Made by a program: the position numbers and the translations under genes
Source: Marsupella aquatica
Lineage: Eukaryota > Plantae > Marchantiophyta
Assembly (NCBI GenBank): GCA_973895155.1
Contig: OZ316898.1
Coordinates: 3,906,480 to 3,970,479, forward strand
DNA length: 64,000 bases
Direction of reading: 5' to 3'
Shown here: piece after piece, positions 12,596-24,124 of the stretch
Numbering within the stretch: position 1 is the stretch's first letter
Layout: the number at the start of each line of letters is the position of its first letter
Notes under the pieces: model-generated
What the model was told of the DNA's origin: nothing
Seen by the model: only the letters and a program-made list of their open reading frames with translations
The model's database searches: none

Positions 12596-13015
12596 GATGT
12601 CTCGCAAGATGTCGTTATGTGAAAGATGTCGCTAAGAAAAAAAATGTCGTTAAGAATAAAGAAGTTGTGTCGCCAAAGACATTGTTATGTGAAAGATGTC
12701 ATCAAGTAAAAAGATGTCATGGCGCCAAAGATGTTATCATGTCAAAGATGTCATGAAGTAAAAAGATGTCGTGGTGCCAAAGATGTCGTGAAGTAAAAAG
12801 ACGTGGGAAAAAGATGTCGAGAAGTAAAAAATGTTGTGACGCCAAAGATGTTGTATCATGTAAAATGTCGTGAAGTAAAAAGATGTCATGATGCCAAAGA
12901 TGTAATCAAGTAAAACAACATCTCGTGTTATGTCAAAGATGTCGTCAAGTAAAATGATGGTGTTATGTGAAAGATGTTGCAATTGAAAGTAAAAAGATGT
13001 TGAGGCACCTAAAAT
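12596..13015. repeat. Degenerate array of short AAAGATGTC-type units
   Basis: Many aaagatgtc / aaaatgtc / aagatgtt units with short variable linkers; reverse complement of the gacatctt array at 19045-19225. Confidence 0.8.
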
Positions 13016-13949
13016 GTTGGAGGTTTGGCGGTTTTGTTATCTTTATCTCCTTAGAGTTGGGGTCCAAAGGGAGAGAGGAGCGCAGGGAAGAGGGCAGCAC
13101 AGGGGGGGAGCAACAGGTGGTTGCACTGCTGTGCATTGAGGGCTGAGAGGAGAGGGTTGCGGGGAGAGAAGTGGAGGGACAGTTTTCTAGCTTTATTCCT
13201 TTCTTTTTTCTGTTTTGGTACTTCCCACCCTAAACGTCACGTTAAATTCAAATGACGGCCACATCATTATTTGGTGCAATAGTGTATTATATGTTTTGAT
13301 AGAGATAACAAAAAGCAATAGCAGTAAACAAGAGACTTTAATTCATATTCTTCTAATTGCAAACATTACAAAGGCTCTCATAATGGAAAGTGATTTTTTT
13401 AACTATGTTAATATACTCCAATGATCCTGAAAAATAGGCCTCTATAATGGCCTTTGTAATTGCCTTCAAATTATAAGATAATCTATCTCTTATCACTTTG
13501 CTAGCTTAATGCCCTTCATGAATTTTCTGTTTGTAATTACTTTTAGGGCATTTATCAATAAAAATGCACATTCAACACATGGATCGCCACATTATTTTAT
13601 TTCTCCTCTGCTTTTACTAAAGTAAGGAAAATGAAATTAAATATTTTACTCTTTAGGTGTGTTAACTTCCTATTACCTAATTATGAGCAATATTAACTCT
13701 CCAAACCTGAACTAAAATGTATCATCATAGAGACTAAATGTTATGTGGTTTGACTGGATTTTCTTCTACACAGTGTTATGAACAACTTACCTCAATCACA
13801 ACAATTCACAATTCACAATTTTGTACCCTTCCCCTTGTAAAGAACTCGTCGACCACAGTTGAAATCTAGTACCCGCTGACCTTAAAATCCATTGTTCTTC
13901 CTTACTGAGTATGTGTGCACTCCAACGCCATTAATGCAAGCGGGGCTGG

Positions 13950-14230
13950 CGTGTAGGAGGAGGATGAGGAGGGACTTGGGCGAGGTAAGGCAAGGCCGTG
14001 GCAAGGGAGGAAAGGCTAGGCTAGGCGAGGCGAGGCGAGGCGAGGCGAGGCGAGGGAGGGCAGGGCAGGGCAAGATGGAGGCAAGGGGTAGGAGTAGATA
14101 GAGGCCAAGGCAAGGGAGGGAGCGGGAGTTGGGGCAAGGAGGGAGGGTCGCGGATGGTAGACTAGTTGGGGCTCGTGAAGGGAGGGAAGTAAGGTAGTCT
14201 GGGCTTGTTGGGGAGGGAGGGGGGGCACAC
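13950..14230. repeat. Purine-rich low-complexity tract including (GGCGA)n
   Basis: ggcgaggcgaggcgagg... and ggcaa/ggcag units; complementary in character to the C/T-rich tracts at 17740-18300 and 21050-21440. Confidence 0.7.
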
Positions 14231-14689
14231 TAAATATAATACAACTTTGATTCCTTCTATTTGCTAGGATTTACTTTTTTTTTACACTCCAAATTTGAAT
14301 GACGACCACTGCAAGAAAAAAACGTGCAATAGTGTATTACAGTTTAGTATGTTTCTTTGCACTATATACACACATTCAATTTGGGGCAAAAAATATAATA
14401 GAAATTTTAATAATACAATAATGAAAAGACAATATTAAAACCAAGATAGACCATTTGAGATAATTATATAAATACTCAAACAAATATATATTTTTTCATA
14501 AAATAGTACATTGTGTATCCAAGAGCGAACTAAAATCTAGTCCTCTCTAAAGTATGCCACTTAGACTTATATCTAAGTATGAGCTCTAAATTTTGCTACA
14601 TTCATGATCTTTGGTTTCTTTCCTTTGAAATACAGAACAAAAATTTTATTTCTTGATTCCATTTCTTATTATTTGTCTCCCAAGCTAAA

Positions 14690-15241
14690 TGTAAAGACTC
14701 TTGAGACCAATTTGGATCATAGTCCTCAACATAATTCCATGAAGTATCAAACTTGTAAAGTCAAGAAAGATAAGGAATAAGTTGAGTTCTCTAAAACATA
14801 TCATCTTCATCTCCATGATATGAGGATGGATATAAAGATGACCAAAAAGGGTTGTAGAATGTATTACTTGGCAAATTTGAAAGGGTTATATTTTCTTGGA
14901 TTAGATGTGGCATCTTTAGAAAAATATTTTCAATTATTTTCAAGTAAACAAAGTCCTAATTTGCATTGAGAGTGATTCTCGATAATTTTCCATTCCCAAA
15001 GGAAAACACGAGTGTACTTCTTTCACCATCGCTAAGTAATATTGTCCAATACTTTGTCAGTATTTTTATTGACATACGTGACCCAATTCCAACATCAAAA
15101 TGCAAAAAACAAAATTTCATAAACTGGTTCAAAAATGGTCTTGTACATATTGTCCACCGTGAGCACTCTTGACTTGTTGCTCTTTGTTAAAACCTCACAA
15201 GGATAATAAAGAAATGCATCTATATCAAGTACAAGCAATCT
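14690..15241 (-). pseudogene. Decayed FCP1/NIF-family (CTD-type) HAD phosphatase
   Basis: Manual minus-strand translation: RLLVLDIDAFL (HAD motif I), frameshift, TRPFLNQFMKFCFLHFDVGIGSRM, later QENITL...NPFWSSLYPSSYHGDEDD, following the FCP1-homology pattern LVLD...RP..F..FCF..F.VG.WS...NP....P..Y.G...D. Absent from the ORF track. Confidence 0.65.
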
Positions 15242-15299
15242 TGTACCTTGAAAATTTCACCACCTATTGAAACCAAATAAAACAAATCAATAAAATAAT

Positions 15300-15745
15300 A
15301 CTCTCACAATGCAATAATGTAACCACCAATATTTACACGAGTCTCAATTTTATTAAACATTTCACTTGGAAATGTGAATTTGCATTATGAAAGGAGACTA
15401 AATATTTTTAACTTCTATTCTTGTAGTCAATTACAACCATCTGAGTCCAATGAGAGCTCCGGAGAATTGGTACAAAAACTTTTTGACAATCAAAAATGCT
15501 ATATCCTAATTGTGAGGACCTTCTTGATATGCACAAATTGTAACAATATCCATTCTTTATGAGTTTACCATAAAACCAAGTATTGAAAAAAAAACACCTT
15601 GAAGATATCTCTCTTTCCTTTAGTAAAATGAAGTATCCATTAATAATATCCAAAGCCAACCAGGATGCGGGAAGTAAAGACTTCATAATGTTAGAGTGAT
15701 ATGTCAATGTCACTAACAGTGGTCAAAACCTCTTTATCATCCAAA
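15300..15745 (-). pseudogene. Decayed Ulp1-family (peptidase C48) SUMO protease
   Basis: ORF 15408-15713: LLPASWLALDIINGYFILL...CFFFNTWFYGKL...IFDCQKVFVPILRSSHWTQMVVID, matching the C48 pattern WL..IIN.Y / FFNTFFY.KL / IF.P....HW. The catalytic Cys region is degraded. Confidence 0.8.
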
Positions 15746-16149
15746 GATAGATGTACGCAAGCATTTGTACAGTCGAGTTCCACGACTATACACCACCTTC
15801 AAGGCTGCCCAAGTTAAAATCTTCTCATTGGTAACTCTTGTTATTGTCAAAGTGTGCTATTTTGGATGCTCTATGTCTATAAGGGTGATCTAGTGGAAGA
15901 TACATTTGTACAATGCCCTTGGAACTTAATTGCTTGCAAAACTTTTGAATCTACACAGTTAGTCACATTGGGGCCACAAGGAGAACAACCGAAATATGTT
16001 TTTATCGTCTGGCCTGAGACAATTAAGTCATGTTAGGATAAGTGTTTGTTCCCCTTTTATGTTCTTGGTATAACCAAATGCAATTACCCTTGTGATTATT
16101 GCTCTTGTACGTGCTTGCACTTCTTTTATTGTGGTTGAATGTGAAGTTT

Positions 16150-17260
16150 GATTTTGATTTATTTATATTTATATTTTATTTATATTTATTCTGCATGAAC
16201 CCCACAGATGGGGGAGACAAGCAAGCCAGAAGCATCAATCAAAATAGAAAGGGGGAGCGATATGGGTCAGGGGAAGGATTAGTCACAAAAAATCCCCCAG
16301 AATCACAAGTACATCATCCCCGTTCAAAAGTTCATACAATCAGGAACAAAGTTTTCAAAGAAACCAAACCAAACAAACTAGTGAGCTCATTGCAACTAGA
16401 TCTCTCATTGAGTATCTGAGAACAGTGAAGTACCCGAAAGCTATTCCCTATTAGATTCTACTCACCTAACACCATAGTGGATGATCACCACTCGTTCTTC
16501 TTCCAATAGATTAGTTGCACATACCAAACACTGGTGTTTTTGACTGGAACCAAAAATTGCTATTACAACCTTCATGTGATCTAAAGTCTCAGATAAGATC
16601 GCAATCGGATCAAACACTCTTTTCCTAGTTAAGTCAAAGGTATGTGCATTACGAGTAAGCCAAATGCTCCAAAGAATCTGATAAATTAGATAAATCCGAA
16701 AAGTATTCAATGGGTTTCTCCTTCTAGCAGACAGCAATAGGTCAATCAAGACCATGTCCCGACCAACAATTAGTCCATTCGGCCATCTTCTAGCTTCTCT
16801 CCAGCACTTTAGAGCATGTTGGCACTTGAAGAAGATATGCAGAATGGGTTATACTCCTGAATATAGAACACAATGGCCATCTAATTTGTCAATTCTCAGT
16901 GCCCACGATCCTGAAAAAAGTCCCTAAGCAAGAATTCTCCAGATGAATGTCCTGGCCCTGGAAGCAAGATCAGACACCCATACGACAGTCCATTTGGCCT
17001 TAGTAAGAGTGACGTCCCATATCCTGTTGAGCCGGCAGAAGTTAGAACCTTTGGAATGTAGCATCTCATAAATTCGATGGTTAGGTAAACCAAAGAGATT
17101 AATGGACTATGAATCTATGTCAATCCATCGCCAATCTCTAGATCTGAGGAGTCCAAGATATCATCTCTATAGCCAGATCCATGAATTATCGCAAAAAATT
17201 ATGGCAATGAATTCGATCGTCTGATTCCAAGCCACGCATGCGCTGCATCCTCTCCTCTCA
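16150..17260 (-). mobile_element. 5'-truncated L1-type LINE 3' end (zf-RVT region) with A-rich tail
   Basis: Minus strand HIFFKCQHALKCW and ILWSIWLTRNAHTF, typical of the plant L1 ORF2 C-terminus; T-rich run at ~16150-16190 on the plus strand. Boundaries approximate. Confidence 0.7.
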
Positions 17261-17739
17261 GTCAAACACCTCCAATCACCGTTTGTCGTAAACCAGAAGT
17301 TTGATTTTGGTATCACTAAGTTACTTTACATTATTCTAGTTCATTTTGTTTGTAACCAATTTGTTTTACTTTGGTTATGTCATAAATAGGATCTGATTAT
17401 TATGTAACTTGAATTACAGACTTGGGTACATTTTACATGATGAAAAGAGTTTTAAATGACCATGAAATTTGTATTTTGGGGAACTTCAAACATAGAAGAT
17501 TGGAGCTATATGGGAAAAACTAAAAGACTAGAACGATATGGGTCTATGAGACAAAAATGACAATGAAATCTACAACTATAGTAGACAATGCCTCCATTTT
17601 TGTTCTTCATCCTATTACAAAATTTAGTATTGACGGGAATCAAAATTGATCGTTAGATATTTGCATGGATTTATTGTATCTGTTTGATTTACTCGCAAGC
17701 ACTTCCACGCCTGACAATACCATCCCTCACCTAGTTGTA

Positions 17740-18300
17740 CGCTTGCCTTGCGCTTACATCTTACTCTCAAATACTGTCTTGCCTCATGTCAGCCTCATCA
17801 TTCCCCTCCCTTCGTGCCTCTTCCGCCTTGCGCCAGCCTCATCTTTCCCCCTCCTCTCTATGCCTCTCCCAATTTTAATCATTTCTCTCCCTTCCTCGCA
17901 AATGCTCCCCCGGATGCCTCCGTCAATCCGTCCTCTCCCTTTCGTGCTTTAATTATGGACCCCCCAATGTCTCATCATTCCCCCTCCCCTTTGTGCCTCT
18001 CCAATGCCTCACGTCCTCTCAATCTGTCCCCTTCCCTCCATGCTTTAATTATGGATCCCCCAATGCCTCATCATTATTTCCCCTCCCTTTATGCTCTCCA
18101 ATGCCTTGCGTCCTTCCTTGCAAATGCCCTTTTGCTTGCCCCCCATGATGCCTTGCATTCCCCCCTCCCTTGCTACCTTGCATTCCCCCTACCCCTTGCT
18201 CCCGATGCCTTGCGATATGAGCCATCAATAATGAGGGTTGGTACTCCTTGCCCCACCTTGCGCTGACGCTAGTCCTTCGCCCCCACCATGGTTGCTCTTG
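17740..18300. repeat. Pyrimidine-rich low-complexity tract with a local ~105-bp duplication
   Basis: tgctttaattatgga(c/t)ccccca atg.ctcatcatt at ~17945 and ~18041; many tgcct/ccct units. Confidence 0.65.
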
Positions 18301-18763
18301 GTACCTTGCGTCGTCATTATTTAAGAGGTCCAACCTTAGAAAGTATTCACACAATCTTTACAATTTGTTGGGTCCATTTGGAGAAGTGAAAGAAAGACCT
18401 ACATAGCGATGGGCGTAAAGTTGTTATTGGCAAGATAATGACGTGCAGAGTGACAACAACGTGCAAATTGTAGTGGTATTGGCTTGCTGATTCTCACTGC
18501 ATACCCAAAGAGCTATTTTTATGTGCTTCCACATATTTAGAGATGACCATTTTGATTTTTCCAGACCTGGACATCCTTTGTTATTTTTCTCTTCAAAATT
18601 AGGGTGTTTTAATATAGAGAAGACTGTACTATACAAAAAATGTGACTATTTACAAAAATTTTCTTGGTTTAAGGGTTGTTTCAACAAGTAGCACCGTAAT
18701 AGGGAAGCTAGAAATGCAAGATGCAGCCAACAATATGCCTAACGACACTCTGAGTGGCATCCG

Positions 18764-18945
18764 CAATGACCATAAACAAGGCTCAAGGTCATACTTTAAA
18801 ACATGTAGGGTTACAATTTTCAAAGCCTGTCTTTAGTCATGTACAATTGTCTGTAGCAAATGTTCTCAAGGCAAAGTCTCCTACAACTATCAAGGTTTTA
18901 CTTACAGATTCTGAGGAGGGTCAAGCAAGGTTGACAACAAAATTG
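18764..18945 (+). pseudogene. Helitron RepHel PIF1-type helicase C-terminal fragment
   Basis: AMTINKAQGHTLKHVGLQFSKPVFSHVQLSVA matches the Helitron helicase motifs AMTINKSQGQTL..VG......VFSHGQLYVA. Confidence 0.85.
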
Positions 18946-19044
18946 TATATGATAAGGTTCTTTATTGAACACGTGAATAAAGATTGCATCACTTGACTCA
19001 CTGCCTCAATTATATCTTTGCAATGTCCAACCATGTTTGCCACT

Positions 19045-19225
19045 GACACCTTGACATCTTGCCCACACCTTGACATCTTTCCCTTGCCTTGGCATCTTTT
19101 CCTCTCCTGAACATCTTGACCTCACCTTGACAACTTTCTCTCACCTCGACATCTTGCCCATGCCTCAACATCTCTCCCTCACCTCAAAATCTTGCCCTCG
19201 TCTTGACATCTTGCCTTCACCTTGA
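19045..19225. repeat. GACATCTT-type short-unit array downstream of the helicase fragment
   Basis: About ten (c)cttgacatctt-like units spaced ~19 bp apart. Confidence 0.75.
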
Positions 19226-21821
19226 ATGTCAAACACTTGTCAAGGAGTAAACCCTTTCTTCTCATAGCAGGATCGTGGATGAAGTAGCAGCATGAATGAA
19301 GGAGCACCATGGATGAAGTAGCAACATGGATCTCGTGTTGTTGGTCAACACTTGCCATAGTCCTCCATAGCTTGCAGCCAATAGCTCAATTCGTAGCTCT
19401 TCTGGTCAATTTTGCATCTATCCGTAGCTTCTTCAATTCATAACTCACAGATTGAGTTGAGAGGCAACACTCCTTCTAATTGCTGCATCTTGAATTCTAC
19501 AGTTGAGCCCTTCACTCAATTAGCAGGCTAACTATAGCAGCACCTAGTGTAGCCAACCATAGCTCCATTCTCCAGTAGCCAACCCTCTCAATTTTGCAGC
19601 TAGAATTTTGCAATAGCCATAGCCCACCAATTCGCAGCTAGCCCTCTTTCTTCCTTGCAGCTGGTTCTCTTGATTCGCTACTACATTCAATCAATTCGCT
19701 AGCCACTTATTCCTCCATAGTAAGCAACTCTATTCCTCCATAACAAGCATCTCTATTCCAATCAGCAACATCAAGGCAGCCAACCAATCCCGATCAGCAT
19801 CCCGTGCCTGGAGCTATAGCAACTCAATTCAATTTCGTAACTGCCTCTTGATCCCAATTCAAAGCAAGCATCTCATGCATTGACCCTTATGGTGTTACCT
19901 GACCTCGTGCTTGCTTCTCCCCGGCCTCGTGCTTAAGTTGTGTTCACCGTCGACGCGGTTTACACTTAGAAAAAATTCTGGTTTTTGTTGGAAAAAACAA
20001 CATTTCCCTGGCTATTTTGGACCGCCCCAAAAAATCACCCATGAGTCTAAAAGGACTTTTGAGTAGATCCACAGATTTTATGGACATAGGACTATGTCCT
20101 GGTTTACTAATATCTAAACAAAACTCTATAACCAATTTTCTAAAAGTAGGTTAAGAGGGTTAATTCTTATGTTTTCCAAAATTCTTCTCAACTTTGAGAT
20201 GCTCCCAAAAAATAACCAAAGGTAACCAAGTTCTCCCAAAAGTTTCCAGGGATATAGAGGACCATATTTAACCCACCTCCCAACTTGGAACCCCTACATT
20301 TCCCCATCAGCTATTTTTCCCGGGACCCGCTATTTGGTAACTTTAAGGTTTTCCCAAAATACTCAAGAACTCATAGGTTAAGACCCCACTTGACTTCATA
20401 ACTTTTATGTGTGGTCTAGGGACTACCTAGCCCCTATAGGATGAGTCTTAGCAAAAAATATCGCTCGAAAGTATCGGTCATTCCTTCGGGCCGACTTGCC
20501 GACTACCGTAACTTCTTTTTGCCCTTATCGAATAACTTACTCAACTCTTGATACTTCTTAGAGCAACATGTCTCCTTCCTCAATTTATTTCCCTACTCTA
20601 CTTCCCTAGGTATTAAGTTACCTTAAACCTAACTACTCCGCTAATCACTACAACTATAATTATGACTACTCTTCCAAAGCAAAACACTGACACATTTCTT
20701 ACTCAAGCCTCTACTGAGCCATTCCACATTGAAATCTTTCCCTCACTCAAAATGTTTTGTGCAACGCACAGGCACGGGGCTGTGGTTAATAAATAATGAA
20801 AAAGCTTTAAAATTCTTTGTGCTAGATGTTTTACAAATGAACTATAAAATTACTAAAAGTTTGATGTAGAATGCCAAATGGAGTTCATCTACAACTATAA
20901 TAAACGATCCCAATGCCCATTTGTCCTTTGTTCTATTGCAAAATGCATAATGTGCAAGAGTCAATGTTGGCTGTTAGATCTTTTAGGAGATTTTTTGTAT
21001 CCATCCAATTAGTCTTGGTACTCCTCTCGGGCCAAATTCTCCTCCCTACCTTTGATCATCACTGCCCTCCCCCCTCCCAATTGGTACTCCTCTTTGGCCA
21101 GTATTCGCCTTTTTACCATCATGAATGCCACTATGCCACCTCACCACCGTCATCAATGCAAGCAGTATGGAAGACATTTCTCTCCTCCTCCCTCCATGCC
21201 ACCTTGCCACCTCATTCTTCCCATGCTATAATGCCTTGCCAGTACAAAAGATCCCTCCCTCCTATAATGTCTTGCCAGTAGGGAAGATCTTTGCCTCCCC
21301 TCCTCCTCAATGATTTTATTTAAGTAAAAATTTAAGAAATTGTTAAACAAATTTTAAAAATTGCAAAAGATCCCTCCTCGCCAAAATGCCCCTCCTTGCC
21401 ATAATGCCTTGCCAGGAGGGACTATCCCTCCTTCCCATTCCCCTCATTATTTTATATAAATATAAATTTCAGAAATTGACTTTGTTTTGAATATAAATAA
21501 AATGTAAAAAATAGTTTTATCTCAAAAACTCAAAACAAACACTTTTAATGTCACCTATTATTTGTGTGTCACTTAGTTATGCTTGGGGCTCTACGATGTG
21601 GTGGCCGTTATATTGCCTTGCCCTTTTTTCAGCAACACATAGGCTATTGAACACTATCACAACAACCAATATCATACATGACATGTCTCATCAATTAGAT
21701 CGCAAAGTTTATATTTTTTTTGTCTGTCCCTCACTTTTCTCGCCTTTACGGAATTTCTATTTATCTTTCCTCAACATCTTTACCTTACCTTTAGATCTTT
21801 TTCTCATTTCACCATGTTTTT

Positions 21822-21890
21822 CCCTTGGGGGTCTCACTATATGGAGGACCCCCCATCACTTGCAACGTTTTTATGTCTAGACCCCCATAC
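21822..21890. mobile_element. Isolated end of the MITE family seen at 49401-49680
   Basis: gggggtctcactatatgga is the exact reverse complement of tccatatagtgagaccccc at the right end of that MITE. Confidence 0.55.
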
Positions 21891-22859
21891 TTATTAAGTT
21901 AAATTTTTTCCCTCCCCCTTTCTTTCTTCTAATAGTCTATTATCCATTTGTTTTGCCCCTAAAATCTGTTAAGTAAAGTGCCACATCTCAATAAAAAATG
22001 CCTTGACAGAAAAGTTAAGTTTATGCAAGTACCTTGTGAAGAAGTATGTCAAACATGGCATGCGCTGCAACAGTTCTTTTGCTTTTCTCGGCCTCAAACT
22101 TCTCTCATTTCAATGCATCATTTATATTGTGTACCTAAAGGTCATCCCAATATAAACCTTAGTACACAAGTGGGATGACCTTTGAGGTCACAACATGAAT
22201 AATCCATTCCATCAACAATTAATTTGAAACCGATCCATGATACTCCATCCATACTCCATTGCAAACTTCTTTTGAGACATGTAACATGTGACGGAGGGGA
22301 ATTGAACCCCTAATTGAGAAAAGATCTCAAGTTTCCAATCCGTCACCCCCTATCCTATCTCACTATACTCACTAATATTAACATAACAAAATATATATAC
22401 TCTCAAAAACTAAACAGTATCATGACATTCATACCATTGTTTGAAGATATTGATCCAATGCATGTCTATCTATTGGATCCAACACATAAATACGATCCAT
22501 ATATAACCCCTTCTTTCATGGTTAAGCTAACACTAGCAATGACCATTTCAATATCCATCCATTTCAAATAAGTGGTATCATATCTGAATTCACTTTTGCT
22601 CTTACCAATAGGACTATACCAATTTAATAATAGTTCACAGATGCTACCTGATTGCCCTGTGAGTGAAGTTGGCAACACCAAGGAAATCATCACCTTTACT
22701 TCTTGGGCTACACAGTAATGCTTGTCTAATCTTGGCCACCCATTCAAAGACATCTGAGCCCTTCCATGGTCCTTTTTGGTCCTTGTACATTTCAAGTACC
22801 ATCCTCTATGGTATTTGAAATGTGACATTTGTGACATCAAATAATACCCCCTCTAGCTT

Positions 22860-23241
22860 GCTTTGATCCAGGTGCTGCAGTGGCGGATCTCATAAAATCA
22901 TTGCAAGTAGTAAAAACAGCTAGGCGGAAAGATCATCTAGCTACAAAGCAAGCATAGTTGACAGCATTGGTTGGAAAATTCATAGTAGGGAATAGGTACC
23001 AGACCTCATTGGCCAATGCTTTGGGCATCAAATGGCAGAACCTTCATAAAGCATCACTAGTGAGGAGACAACTAGATGTGGATGCATCATTCAATCAAAT
23101 ATCCAATGGGGGAAAGACAAGTGCGCAGTTAGTTGTCACTAGACAGCCTGATCTTAGGCATTGTGACCATTGCCATAGAGATGGGCATACTATTGAGAGA
23201 TATTTTGAGTTGCATCTTGAGATGCGGTTTGGTGCTGCGCG
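22860..23241 (+). pseudogene. Old Copia gag remnant (zinc knuckle), target of the next Copia insertion
   Basis: HCDHCHRDGHTIERYFELHLEMR is a degenerate C..C...GHT...C...HP motif, cut at the LTR start 23242. Confidence 0.6.
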
Positions 23242-23584
23242 TGTTGAGCATAGACGACATTCGTAACGGCAAGCCCATGAACCATCCAACGCACAATAGT
23301 CGACACAGAGAGATACGTGGTTCACCTCCACATGAGGCTACGTCCACGGGAACACACAAGAGCTTTACTGCACTCTAGGCCGACCGGCCATACCAAGCAT
23401 CCACAACACAAGTTCTCCCTATCTCTCAACTAGCTCCGTAACAATGACCTAAGTTCCACTAGGGTCTGGCATCAGCCCTGGCTATATACACAATAGCACT
23501 ACCGCTAACATTAGCTAAGTCCTAACCCGAGTTAGCCTAACTATGGTTAGCACAAGAGTCACAAGACTAGAGCAATATCTAACA
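23242..23584 (-). repeat. 3' LTR (343 bp) of the Tork-type Copia
   Basis: TGTTGAG...CTAACA followed by aactccccct (PPT on the minus strand). Confidence 0.88.
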
Positions 23585-24124
23585 AACTCCCCCTTGACTC
23601 TTGTCTTGGGGACTGGACTAAATGCTACCATATGGAATCCTCAGCGGGAAGTTCTAGACAATCACCAACACCAGGTCTCCCCCTAAAAACCACAAGGGTT
23701 AACTAAGGGTTAACTAGAACTAAGCCGTAGCCTAATAGGAATGAGTAATCCATATACAAATAGTCACACATTTCTAAATAACTCTACTTGCACTACAACT
23801 GCAAAACCTGCAAAGTAGCACGGTGTCTTGAGAAACTCTCCAAAGGAATCACTTTGGTAAAAGCATCAGCGGGATTGAGCTTTCCATCAATCTTGACTAG
23901 CTCAAAAGTTTTATCAGACACTACTTGCCTGATAAAATGGTACCTGATATCAATGTGCTTCACCCTGCTATCCATCACCTGGTTAGCAGCCAAGTGAAGA
24001 GCACTCTGACTATCACAGTTTAGAGTCATTTTTCCATGCTCTAAACCCATCTCCGCGATCAGCTTATCCAACCAAATTGATTCCTTTGCAACTTCTGCTA
24101 CTGCAACATACTCTGCTTCTGTAG

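Noticed and set aside
19950-20640. Possible further LTR remnant
   Set aside because: Composition is LTR-like but no TG...CA ends, TSD or partner could be fixed.
22288-22352. tRNA or SINE-like B box (GGTTCAATTCC on the minus strand)
   Set aside because: No cloverleaf, A box, tail or TSD could be identified.
22466-22840. 124-aa ORF resembling transposon-associated peptides
   Set aside because: No motif I can name with confidence.
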